Made by a program: the position numbers and the translations under genes
The notes under the pieces: model-generated
The model's input: only the letters and a program-made list of their open reading frames with translations
Database searches by the model: none
What the model was told of the DNA's origin: nothing
DNA from: Bdellovibrionota bacterium
GTDB lineage: Bacteria > Bdellovibrionota_C > UBA2361 > JAAYZI01
DNA: 64,000 nucleotides
Reading direction: 5' to 3'
Assembly (NCBI GenBank): GCA_050950765.1
Contig: JBMNIF010000002.1
Coordinates: 128,001 to 192,000, forward strand
Shown here: positions 8,131 to 18,063 of the stretch, in pieces
How positions within the stretch are numbered: the first letter of the stretch is position 1
Layout of the letters: the number at the start of each line of letters is the position of its first letter

Positions 8131-11100
8131 TTAGGCTTTATCTAATCCTTGTACATAAGAAAGCCACTCTTGTTTATTTATGGCAAAATTAACTTTCCTT
8201 CCAGTTGATTCTCTAATTCTTTCTAATATCATCAATCCTTTTCGTGCAATATTATAAGCGCCATTTGCATCCGCATCTAACGGTAAGTTTTTATCTTGTT
8301 TCCTTGAATCATAAAATTCTCCAGACTTATTTTTCACAGGAGACAAAATATAATCTTCTCTTGAATTTGTTATACTATTTCTTAACTGTAATAGTAACTT
8401 AAATAAAGAATAAAATCCTAAGTAACCATCCTTTTCTTTTGTCGCACTAAAAAATTTCGCTTTTTCATTTTGGAGTATACCTTCTTTTATACGGCTTAAG
8501 TCTATCTCATATCTTTTAAATAATTCTTTAAACTCATCTGTTAAATTTATTTCTTCATTATCCCAATTACTATTTTTTTCTGGATTCCTAAAAGAACGGA
8601 CTCTTTCTCCATAAGAACAAAGAGTCCACTCATCTCTTATTCCATAGCTTCCGCCTGTAAAATTAGAATATTTGAATATAAATTCAAAATAATTTTCTTC
8701 TTCGTTATATCTTATATCATCAAATTTTTCGATAAAACTTTTATCAACTTTTTTTAAATCAAATAAATTTACAAAGCCTGTTGTCGGGTCAATCTTGCTT
8801 GTGCACCAAGCAGGAATATAAAAAATGACTCCATTTTGTGCACCTTTAGAATCAGGCTTTGCAAGTTGATAAGCATTTAGTATACCGCCTTGATCTTTTT
8901 TATTAGCAACATCCTTACTTATAAGATAAGATAATTTATTTACAAGCATTGTTTCAAATTTATCATAAACCTGTTTTTCAACTTTTTTTCGAGAATTTTT
9001 AAATCCTCCACTTAAGTCTTCAAGCACAATTATTGCATTATATTTAAGCATAAGCTTAACAATCTTATGAACAACTTGGCTCATATAACCTTCTTTGAGC
9101 TCTTTTATTGTTTCAATTTGATCCCAGCTTTTCCTTGCCTCATCCCTATCTTTTTCTTTTTTATTAAGCGCTGCACGATAATCTGTTTCATATGTAACTC
9201 CATTATATTCATTAACTATATTATTAAGGGAGCACTGTTCAACAATTTCACCTTCTGAATTAATAACAGATAAATAAATTAAATGTCTTTCCCCTCTGTC
9301 TATCCCTATAAGATAAATATCTTTGTTTGCTTTTAAACTATCGTTAACAATTTCATTAATATTATTAAATCCTTTACATTTAAAATTCATCGCCACAGGA
9401 ACATGAAATAAAAATTTATCTACTGAATAGCGCCTATCTTTTATTAAATCATATTCAAACTTACTTTCTTTTTTTGGATTTTTTTCATTTTTGTTTGGAA
9501 TAGGTTCATTAGCTGGATGTGTAATTTTTGCCTCTATACTTTTTTTCCGATAAAAAATTTCTGCTTGACCATTTAATTTATAGACGACATCTTTTAAATT
9601 ATCTTCATCAAATAAGGCTTTCCAATACATTGTATGCAAATTAGGTTTTCCCTTACTGTATTCTGAAAAATCCTTATTGTAGATTTTAAATAGATACAAT
9701 TTCCCATCATTAACTAATTGATCTATATAACCTGCAGAGATGTTTTTAAAATTTATTTTATACCCTTGTTGCTCAACTTCTTTATAAAATTGGCTTATAT
9801 CTTCATATGAAGATGTTTCACTAAATCTAAAATTAAATTTTTTCCAATCATCATGTTTTTCAATAGATCTTTTAAAAAAATCTATTAATTCATGACAAAA
9901 ATCTATATCAAATTTCTCCCCCTTTTTATGACACCCGTCTTGATATTTCTCTAATAATTCAACAGATGGATTAAAATTTTCTCTTCCCTTCTCAGATGAA
10001 ATAAAAACTTTCGGCAACATTTTATTAGCACCAGGTAATAGTTTATACTCCATCTTTTTATAGCTGTTTTTTTGATCTAGTTCTTCCCCTATTTCACTAA
10101 AAATTCCCCTATCCCTACTATCTATAATGCCCAAATAATAAATTCCGTTTCTTTCAAATATCGTGCATGAATTGTCTTTTTCTTTATTTAAATCCCATCC
10201 ATCTAAAAGAGTAGGGTTTTTAAAGTTAAGCTTCATCTTCTCAGTCGAATACGGTTTTTGAGTTAAATAATTTCTCACCTTATTATAAAGAGGAATTATT
10301 TCTTTCAAATCGTCGTATCTCAATAATTCATAAAAATTATTATCAGTTTCTATCTCTTCAACTTTCGGGACTAAAAGTTTTACAAAGTCGTGAAGCTCTT
10401 TTAAATTATCAAGAAAATTTTTAATTATATTTTTTTTAGCTCCATCTTTAACTAAATTTTTTAATCCTTCTCCATAATCTTCATTTTGAATTTCATCAAA
10501 CTTTTTATAAGCCTCCTCTATTCCTGATTTAATGCTTTTTATAACTGACCCATTTGGTTCAGTTTCACAAACCATATCGCTAGTTAAATGCTCTTCAAAA
10601 TATTTTATAAGCTTCTCTTTATTTTCTTTATCATATCTCAAGACGAGGCTTTCAAGGTATTCAACAGATAATACTTTATCTTTCTTTAAGCACTTTCCTC
10701 GCTCTGCAATATATTTTTCAGAATCGATATTTTTATTTTTCCCTGTATAATTTTCATTATATTCCCTTTCTCTTAGACTATTGAGATAGCTCCAATCGTT
10801 ATAAATCTTCTTTGATATATTTGTTAAGGACTCAGCATTAATATAAATTTTACTTAACTCAAAATCTCTTATATTTTTAAATGCATAAACAAGTCCTTTG
10901 TTCTCATTACTAAAAAGTAGATCATTAATTTTGATATAGTAATCTTGGATCTCTTTTATCAACTGTTCATCATCTTCAATCTTATCAATTTTAAATGAAG
11001 CTGTATTTGTATCACTTAGTATCTGTTTATATAAAAGTTTTAATTTAGGGAGTTTTTTACTTTTATCTTCTTGTTGATTTTGATTATGTAAATTTACAAG

Positions 11101-11907
11101 CTCATTTATTCCTTGAATTTTCTTATTCCCTTCTTCAGTTTTTCCAGAAATCGCAAGATTATAATTTTCTATCTGATCTTGTGTAAGGATATCTTTATAT
11201 TTTTCTACAACACTAAATAATTCATCTGTATTTAAGCTTAAATTTCTTTCTATTTTATCCTTAATTTCTGGAATTGCTTCTTTTATTTTTTCAAAATATT
11301 TTATATTTTTTATAAAAGTTGGTAAATTTTGATCGATCAATCTAAATGATATGGCTGTAGATTTATCTTCTTTTGAATAAAAATTTTCTCTATTCTTATT
11401 ATAACCTGTAAAATATGTTGTGAATTTATTAAATATTTCTATATCACTTAATACTTCTTTATCCTCGGCGTAAAAAACTTTTAGATAAGAATTGATGATC
11501 TCTTTACCAAACAGCCCTTTATATTCATCATCCTCTGTAAAACTTTCAGAAATCATTGTGCGTAACTTTTCTTTAACTTTATTAAGAGGCGAATCTTCTT
11601 TATTACTTTTATTTTTACTCTGTGTATCTGTTTTTAAAGTTTCTATATATTCTTTTTCATATTCTTTTAATAAACCAGCAAAAGCATCGTTGCTATTTAA
11701 TTTTTTCAAACATCTATCTATAAAAATTTTATGATACTCATCACAATATTTTTTAACGACTTTAAACTTTTCTGCTTTTAGCTCATCTTCTTCTAGAATA
11801 TTTTTCTCAAAATATTCTTTCGTTCTGCCTTGCGGCTGCAATTCAAATCTCAATGTTTTTGAAACTTGGTATAAATTGTGCATTTCATCAAATAATTTTT
11901 TACTCAT
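8131..11907 (-). CDS. cas12a: Type V-A effector Cas12a (Cpf1)
   Basis: 1258 aa; LYQVSKTLRFEL, YNKVRNYLTQKPY, YKLLPGANKMLPKVF; RuvC motifs IGIDRGERHL, VLEDL and DADANGAYNIARKG intact. Confidence 0.99.
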   Translation of the reverse strand: MSKKLFDEMHNLYQVSKTLRFELQPQGRTKEYFEKNILEEDELKAEKFKVVKKYCDEYHKIFIDRCLKKLNSNDAFAGLLKEYEKEYIETLKTDTQSKNKSNKEDSPLNKVKEKLRTMISESFTEDDEYKGLFGKEIINSYLKVFYAEDKEVLSDIEIFNKFTTYFTGYNKNRENFYSKEDKSTAISFRLIDQNLPTFIKNIKYFEKIKEAIPEIKDKIERNLSLNTDELFSVVEKYKDILTQDQIENYNLAISGKTEEGNKKIQGINELVNLHNQNQQEDKSKKLPKLKLLYKQILSDTNTASFKIDKIEDDEQLIKEIQDYYIKINDLLFSNENKGLVYAFKNIRDFELSKIYINAESLTNISKKIYNDWSYLNSLREREYNENYTGKNKNIDSEKYIAERGKCLKKDKVLSVEYLESLVLRYDKENKEKLIKYFEEHLTSDMVCETEPNGSVIKSIKSGIEEAYKKFDEIQNEDYGEGLKNLVKDGAKKNIIKNFLDNLKELHDFVKLLVPKVEEIETDNNFYELLRYDDLKEIIPLYNKVRNYLTQKPYSTEKMKLNFKNPTLLDGWDLNKEKDNSCTIFERNGIYYLGIIDSRDRGIFSEIGEELDQKNSYKKMEYKLLPGANKMLPKVFISSEKGRENFNPSVELLEKYQDGCHKKGEKFDIDFCHELIDFFKRSIEKHDDWKKFNFRFSETSSYEDISQFYKEVEQQGYKINFKNISAGYIDQLVNDGKLYLFKIYNKDFSEYSKGKPNLHTMYWKALFDEDNLKDVVYKLNGQAEIFYRKKSIEAKITHPANEPIPNKNEKNPKKESKFEYDLIKDRRYSVDKFLFHVPVAMNFKCKGFNNINEIVNDSLKANKDIYLIGIDRGERHLIYLSVINSEGEIVEQCSLNNIVNEYNGVTYETDYRAALNKKEKDRDEARKSWDQIETIKELKEGYMSQVVHKIVKLMLKYNAIIVLEDLSGGFKNSRKKVEKQVYDKFETMLVNKLSYLISKDVANKKDQGGILNAYQLAKPDSKGAQNGVIFYIPAWCTSKIDPTTGFVNLFDLKKVDKSFIEKFDDIRYNEEENYFEFIFKYSNFTGGSYGIRDEWTLCSYGERVRSFRNPEKNSNWDNEEINLTDEFKELFKRYEIDLSRIKEGILQNEKAKFFSATKEKDGYLGFYSLFKLLLQLRNSITNSREDYILSPVKNKSGEFYDSRKQDKNLPLDADANGAYNIARKGLMILERIRESTGRKVNFAINKQEWLSYVQGLDKA

Positions 11908-12105
11908 ATCTTTACCTCTTTTAAATTCTTGCCATTAAGAAGCTTGTTTTTTAAGATTATATTGGCACCTTTTATAAGACATGAAAACCTAATAAATTCG
12001 CTTTATCTAAGGTAGTATAGAGGAGAATATCAGCCTTGCAAAAGTTTGCTTCTCTTTCCCACCGTCTGTGCTATCTTAACTCCCTAACCTCTTAAGGATC
12101 GGTTT

Positions 12106-12693
12106 ATGCAAAATATCTTGGAGCTTTCAAAACAAAATCAGCGCCGTGCTTATGAAGTGATAGAAGAAAGCGGCGTTTTTAGTGCTTGGCAAAGTATCGG
12201 TGCAGAAGTGCAGATAGTTGGTTCTTTGCGAATGGGACTCTTAATGAAACATAGAGATATCGATCTTCAGATCTATACAGACCCACTGATAATTTCAGAA
12301 AGCTTCTCCGTTATAAGTAAATTGGCTGAAAATCCCGCCTTCAAAGAAGTAATATACAGAAATATGATTAGCCCCACAGAAGACTACCTTGAATGGCACG
12401 CTTATTACTTGGATAAAAATAACGCCCTCTGGCAACTAGATATGATCCACTTTTTAAAAGGCTCTAAATATTACGGCTATTTTGAAAATGTTGCAGACAG
12501 AATAAAAGCCGTCCTCACAGAAGAAACAAAAAATACCATCTTACGCTTAAAATACGAAACTCCCGAAAATGAAAAGATCTTGGGGCTCGAATACTATCAA
12601 GCCGTTATCAAAGATAACGTGCAAACTTATCAGGATTTTACAGAGTGGCGGAAGAATCACAATATAGATGAGATCGCAACTTGGGTGCCGTAA
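12106..12693 (+). CDS. Putative nucleotidyltransferase (Pol-beta superfamily)
   Basis: VGSLRMGLLMKHRDIDL fits the GS...DxD signature; later WQLD carboxylate. Confidence 0.55.
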   Translation: MQNILELSKQNQRRAYEVIEESGVFSAWQSIGAEVQIVGSLRMGLLMKHRDIDLQIYTDPLIISESFSVISKLAENPAFKEVIYRNMISPTEDYLEWHAYYLDKNNALWQLDMIHFLKGSKYYGYFENVADRIKAVLTEETKNTILRLKYETPENEKILGLEYYQAVIKDNVQTYQDFTEWRKNHNIDEIATWVP

Positions 12694-12780
12694 GCCACTC
12701 CACCTAAAAAACAACTCCAAAAAATTATACCTACACTTTAACCAATCTAGTAACTACCTCATCTCCTAACTCTTAAGCCC

Positions 12781-12985
12781 AAACACCTTTTTCCTAAACT
12801 ACAAAACACCCCTCCATTAGTTGAAACACTTTTTTCCTTAACTACAAAACACTTCTCCATCAGTTAAGACACTTTTCCCCTAAACTACAAAACACCCCTC
12901 CATCAGTTGAGAAACTTTTTTCCTAAAAAGCTTCTAGCTAAGAGATAACACCATTAAACATTTTTTTCCTAAAAAGCTTCTAGCA
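12781..12985. repeat. Three tandem 43-bp repeats followed by two related shorter repeats
   Basis: Units at 12781, 12824 and 12867 (AAACACYTTTTTCCTAAACTACAAAACACCCCTCCATYAGTTG-like), then TTTTTTCCTAAAAAGCTTCTAGC twice. Confidence 0.85.
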
Positions 12986-13118
12986 GAAGGGACAACACAA
13001 AATTCCGCCGCTCACACACAGTGCTACCTATCTCTCTTAATGTCGTGTTACTAAAAAAGGTCTTAAAACTTACTTACAAAGGTCTTCTTAAAAAACCGCC
13101 TCAAAGGGGCGACACAGA

Positions 13119-15737
13119 TCACTTATAACAATCCTCATAAGCCTTACACATCCTCTCCACACTATACAAAGTAGCGCCCCACTCCGCATTCTCTGCAGCA
13201 CTTTGTAATAGCTTTGGATAAGAAGCTTCTAAAGATTTAACAATACTCTCAACACACTCCGCCCCTTGCTGCGGATCTTCAAGGCTATAAAGGGAAGCAT
13301 GCGATCTTAAAAACTCATGCCCGACTATCTCGGATAAAACAACAGGTAAGCCTGCTGCTACCGCCTCTAACGGCCCAAGTGGATGCCCTTCAAAAGTTGA
13401 GCTTGAAACAAAGATATCTGCAGCTTGACACCACTTTTGCGGCACCAATGTCTTACCGGAAAAGAAAACGTGCTCAGAAGAAAGACCCGCTTGCGCCTGT
13501 TTTTTTACATCAGCGGCAAAGTCAGTCCAGTTATCAGGGCCAACAAAGATTAAAGCCGTTTTTTGTCTAACCTCTTCTGATAAACTCCACCATAATTTCA
13601 AAGTCTCATGCTGCCCTTTTTCCGAACTAATTCTAGCTACATTTATAATCCACAACAGATCTTGAACAGTACGCAGTTTTTCTGCCACGTCAGGCTTGAG
13701 CGTATCCAAAAGAGCCGCTCTGATCTCTCTTTTTTCATTTAAGTCCTGCGGCAACGGATAAAAATCAATACCGTTCTCTATAATTTTTATCTTTTTAGTA
13801 GGCACCCCTATTTTTTCATAATATTTCTTAGTGCCTTCAGAAACAACGACCAGTTCATCAACAAAAAGACTAAAAATCCTACTATACAACCTGTGCTTTC
13901 TATCTTTATCAAAACCAACGAAGCTGTGTTGCGTATGAACAACCTTAACACGTCTCGGACAAAACAGCTTTGCCAATGTTGCATAGATCATGGCGTTCAG
14001 ATCATGCGAGTGCAAAACGTTAATCCTTTCACGCAAAATTTTTCGAACCAATCTAAAAACAGTTCTACAAGAGAAACCTTCCCTCTTTTGTAGCAGATCA
14101 AGCTTAATTCCTGCTGCTTCAAATTCAGGAACTAACCCAACTTCATTGCCATTTAACTTATCATAAGCGAAAACAGAGACTTCAAAACCGTTTTTACCAT
14201 TAATATTCTTTGCCAGTGCCAAGACAACTCGCTCTAAACCGCCGATCCATAAATTTTGGCAGACCATTACAACACGTTTTGTTTCATCTAAATGCTTCAT
14301 CGGAAGCTTCCATATAACTAAAGACACAAAATAAAATAATGCAAACAAAGGACCGCAGACAATACCCCAAACAACAGAGGCAGGAAAAGTTTTCCCAAAT
14401 AAAACAATGTCTGTAAAAAACTCCTTCAGATACACCACTATCACAGATAAAACGATGCAAATTATTATGTTATGCGCTAACGGACGAAGTGAACAATATT
14501 CCCGCACCTTCCAACCTGTACTTTTCCCCGCATACCATAAACCATAGAGACGCATTAAGGCACGCACAACTAAAGACGCTATCAAGGCACCATAAGCCGC
14601 CCAGCCCCAAGCAAAAAATGAGCACAACAGTAAGGATAAGCCAGAGAAAAAGACAAAGTTCCACAAGATCCAACGTCCTTGTCCACGTGCTCTCGGTATT
14701 AAGTCATTCGGAAAGATTAGGAGGAAATAACCGATTGCAGAAAATCTAAGATAGCCGACAGCGGCGTGATACTGCGCAGGAAACAGAAGATCGATGATGC
14801 TATCCGCAAAAACAGATATCCCAAAAAAAGCAGGAACTAAAATTATCGCCAACTGCTCCATCGTGGCATAATGTATCGCCGCAGCTGCTGGATAATTTTT
14901 CAGAGCCATTGCTTTTGAGATCTCAGGCAACATCACTCTAGCTACCGAATATTCATACATAAAGAGCGGCGCAATCGCTAACGATCCGACAGCATAAATG
15001 GCGAAATCACTTTTTGTAAGAAACTGAGAGAGTATAAATTGATCAGCATAATTGATTAAAATAGATAAAAGCCCTGCAACAGAAACGGGAAAGGCGTAAC
15101 GATAGATCGCTTTGAAAGTTTTTTTATTCCAGATAAGTCGTGATAGGTGTAATTTATAAGCAGAACAGTAACCGATAACTGTTTTTACTGAAACAGTCGT
15201 AACCTGTGCAATAAAAACTGCAGTAACTGTTTTATAATTCCACGCTGCAAAAACGATCGTTGCCGTTCTAAGCACTTCAAACAACGCATAGAAGATACCG
15301 CCACGCCACCCCCTGCCAACACTAATAGCACCTTCTTCAAAAAACCTACCTGCTGTTTCTCCTAAAACTGCAACACCCAGCAACATTACATGCTCGACCT
15401 TCAGATCAAGCCACGTAGCTATCGGAACGGCAAAAACCGATACAAGCACCATTAAAAATAGTCCCTGTAAAAGGATTAGCCATGAGGTCATCTGAATCGA
15501 TCGGCGACCCTCTTGCCCCTGCCCCGCCCAATACGACAATCCGTTTATCAGTCCAGTTGTCATAGACACACCTGGAACTAACAATAGATAAAGGAAGAAA
15601 ATTTTATATACTCCGAAGCTGTCAGGATCTAAAACTCGCGCCAGAACGATGGGCAGCAACACATTAAATAATGAGGCGCAACTCGATAGAATTGAGACCG
15701 GCCAATGATTGCGTATTTTCGGTGCATCTTCTGACAT
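13119..15737 (-). CDS. Fusion of a Wzx/MOP-type polysaccharide flippase and a GT4 glycosyltransferase
   Basis: N-terminal ~480 aa multi-pass membrane region (LARVLDPDSFGVYK, YADQFILS); C-terminal GT-B domain (GGLERVV, HSHD, SEKG, EGHPLGPLEA). Confidence 0.85.
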   Translation of the reverse strand: MSEDAPKIRNHWPVSILSSCASLFNVLLPIVLARVLDPDSFGVYKIFFLYLLLVPGVSMTTGLINGLSYWAGQGQEGRRSIQMTSWLILLQGLFLMVLVSVFAVPIATWLDLKVEHVMLLGVAVLGETAGRFFEEGAISVGRGWRGGIFYALFEVLRTATIVFAAWNYKTVTAVFIAQVTTVSVKTVIGYCSAYKLHLSRLIWNKKTFKAIYRYAFPVSVAGLLSILINYADQFILSQFLTKSDFAIYAVGSLAIAPLFMYEYSVARVMLPEISKAMALKNYPAAAAIHYATMEQLAIILVPAFFGISVFADSIIDLLFPAQYHAAVGYLRFSAIGYFLLIFPNDLIPRARGQGRWILWNFVFFSGLSLLLCSFFAWGWAAYGALIASLVVRALMRLYGLWYAGKSTGWKVREYCSLRPLAHNIIICIVLSVIVVYLKEFFTDIVLFGKTFPASVVWGIVCGPLFALFYFVSLVIWKLPMKHLDETKRVVMVCQNLWIGGLERVVLALAKNINGKNGFEVSVFAYDKLNGNEVGLVPEFEAAGIKLDLLQKREGFSCRTVFRLVRKILRERINVLHSHDLNAMIYATLAKLFCPRRVKVVHTQHSFVGFDKDRKHRLYSRIFSLFVDELVVVSEGTKKYYEKIGVPTKKIKIIENGIDFYPLPQDLNEKREIRAALLDTLKPDVAEKLRTVQDLLWIINVARISSEKGQHETLKLWWSLSEEVRQKTALIFVGPDNWTDFAADVKKQAQAGLSSEHVFFSGKTLVPQKWCQAADIFVSSSTFEGHPLGPLEAVAAGLPVVLSEIVGHEFLRSHASLYSLEDPQQGAECVESIVKSLEASYPKLLQSAAENAEWGATLYSVERMCKAYEDCYK

Positions 15738-15744
15738 AAAATAC

Positions 15745-16527
15745 TTACAATAATTTTTTTAAATCAATCTCTGTAAAGGCGATATATCCCGCACGAACGA
15801 TCTGACCATCTGTTTGCGGATCCGTGTCTTCAAAATATCTACTAAGTTGATGTTTAAAACCGTTATCTACCTTCTTGAAACACCGTCCTAAAACCGACTT
15901 CCCTATCTTGGCTTGTACTATTTTTAATTCAGAAGCAGCCTGATCTGGAATATTAAAGCTCCACGTGCGTGACACCACACCGTCAAAATGTGGGAAATCC
16001 TCCCTACTTTTAAGAAACTCCCAGATCTTATCTAACGCTTTTGGCACTTCTGAAAAAAGATGATCCCGCTCCTGTCTTGATAAATTAGCGCTCTTTACCC
16101 GTCTATATTTATCCGAATCAAAAAAACATTGAGAGATAGCAACTCCTGTAATTGAAGGGTTCATCAAATTAGCGTGCAACGCCGCCCCAACTGTGCCGGA
16201 GCTTGCTACGAAACCTAGCCCCGTATTCTCTCCACAATTTACACCAGAGATTACAAAATCAGGTTTATCCTGAAAAAGGTTATGCACACCCCAATCCACA
16301 CAATCAGCAGGAGTTCCATCAATCAAGATAGCCTTACAACCGGAGACCTCCCCCTCTTGCAGATGAATCACGCCGTGCCCACTCATAGAAGTCCCTCGCC
16401 AACTCTGCTCTTTGGCAGGAACTGCAATCTGCAGATCGCTAATCCAAGTCTGTTCTTTCAGATTAGCAACTAAGATCTGAAATAATAACGCATTATACCC
16501 ATCATCATTGGTCAGTAAAATTTTCAT
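15745..16527 (-). CDS. surE: SurE-family 5'/3'-nucleotidase
   Basis: MKILLTNDDG, GTPADCV, VISGVNCGEN and SGTVGAA motifs. Confidence 0.92.
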   Translation of the reverse strand: MKILLTNDDGYNALLFQILVANLKEQTWISDLQIAVPAKEQSWRGTSMSGHGVIHLQEGEVSGCKAILIDGTPADCVDWGVHNLFQDKPDFVISGVNCGENTGLGFVASSGTVGAALHANLMNPSITGVAISQCFFDSDKYRRVKSANLSRQERDHLFSEVPKALDKIWEFLKSREDFPHFDGVVSRTWSFNIPDQAASELKIVQAKIGKSVLGRCFKKVDNGFKHQLSRYFEDTDPQTDGQIVRAGYIAFTEIDLKKLL

Positions 16528-16677
16528 AAATAAACAAACTCACAAATCTATTTAAAAAATAATATTATTCCGATGATATTACTTTTTTATGCACTTTTAA
16601 AAGTGCTTAACTTTTTTCATGATTTTTACACGGATCTTAAGTGGTTTTAAGTAGATTAGAGGATCAAACGAGCCGAC

Positions 16678-18063
16678 TTAAATAGATTCAATCTCAAGTT
16701 TTAAGACCTCACCTTCTGAATGAGTTTCACTATCATGAGATCTTTTATCTCCCAAAATAGCCACAAGAAACGTCTTCACAAGGATAACGATATCTAGATA
16801 CGGTGTCATCCGTTTAATATAGTAGAGGTCAAACTCCAATTTTGTCTTTGATTGCTCCACCGTTGAAGCGTAACCAGAACAAACTTGTGCCCACCCTGAA
16901 ATTCCAGGACGCACCAGTGTGCGCATCTTAAAGAGCGGAATATCATTTTTTAGTTTAGCATACATCTCCGGTCTTTCAGGACGTGGTCCGAAAAAACTCA
17001 TTTCACAACGGATTACGTTAATCAGTTGCGGCAGCTCATCCAATTTATTTCTCCGCAAAATCGCCCCTATGCGTGTTACCCTAGCGTCATCATTACCGAG
17101 ACTCCACTGCGGACCATTAGCTTCAGCATCTGTTCGCATTGAACGAAATTTTATTAACGTAAAAGGTTTCCCTAAATATCCTGTTCTAAGTTGTTTATAA
17201 AAAACAGGACCGGGGCTAGACTTCTTTATCAAAAAAGCGATCACTAAAAACACGGGGGAAAGAAGTAGCAACATTATCACAGCAATAATCGGCTCTAATA
17301 ATATCTTAGCTCTTCTGTACCCTTTCAGTAATGTTGTCTGTTTTGTTGCTTCCAATATAAACGCCCACTGATCGGTATGATCCAAACGCACGCGTCCCGT
17401 AATGTCAGCTTCAAGATTTTGAAAGTCAACCACGGGGATACCTTCAAGATGAGCTCGCACTAAAACTCCATCAACATCAAAATTACCAACGGCAGTACGC
17501 GAAATAACAATTAAGCTGATCTCATGGGCAGTGCCGTTTAAAAAGGCTCTACGTAGATCATTACACGTTAAAAACTCTAAATTCTTTGCATAATTATTTT
17601 CAGTAATATCCGCTATAATCTGTTCTCTTTCCGCAGGTAAAACATCTAGAACGATCTTACGTTTTTTAAGATTTTTAAAGGTACTTCCGTAACAGAAATC
17701 GGCTGCATAAGATATTATTCCGATCACAAAGGAAGCGAGTACAATGCGCACCTCTGAACAGATGCTGAAATCAAAGACGTAATCAAATAATTCATACAAT
17801 GCAAACGTTGCAAGAGAGGAAACTAAAGCAACTATTGTAATATCGCCTTTTCGCGGACGCGGACGTAAAGAGTGAAAATATCCTAATTCTCTTAAAAAAA
17901 AGATTGTGGTTAAGGCAGCTATCAAAGAAAAGGTAACACGAACCTGTACCGCAACATCCGTGCAGACAGGTCCTGCAATGGCAAACAACAACCACGACGA
18001 GAGCAACACTGTTGAAAAGCAATGACTCGAACGTAAATCAGATTTAAAACCACTAAGCTTCAT
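16678..18063 (-). CDS. Priming sugar transferase (polyprenyl-phosphate hexose-1-P transferase, WcaJ/WbaP-like)
   Basis: N-terminal TM helices; KFRSM, LDELPQLINV, GPRPERP, RPGISGWAQV and DLYYI motifs. Confidence 0.92.
   Translation of the reverse strand: MKLSGFKSDLRSSHCFSTVLLSSWLLFAIAGPVCTDVAVQVRVTFSLIAALTTIFFLRELGYFHSLRPRPRKGDITIVALVSSLATFALYELFDYVFDFSICSEVRIVLASFVIGIISYAADFCYGSTFKNLKKRKIVLDVLPAEREQIIADITENNYAKNLEFLTCNDLRRAFLNGTAHEISLIVISRTAVGNFDVDGVLVRAHLEGIPVVDFQNLEADITGRVRLDHTDQWAFILEATKQTTLLKGYRRAKILLEPIIAVIMLLLLSPVFLVIAFLIKKSSPGPVFYKQLRTGYLGKPFTLIKFRSMRTDAEANGPQWSLGNDDARVTRIGAILRRNKLDELPQLINVIRCEMSFFGPRPERPEMYAKLKNDIPLFKMRTLVRPGISGWAQVCSGYASTVEQSKTKLEFDLYYIKRMTPYLDIVILVKTFLVAILGDKRSHDSETHSEGEVLKLEIESI

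Noticed and set aside
13057..13067. AAGGTCTTAAA matching part of the V-A repeat
   Set aside because: 11-nt AT-rich match, isolated and compatible with chance
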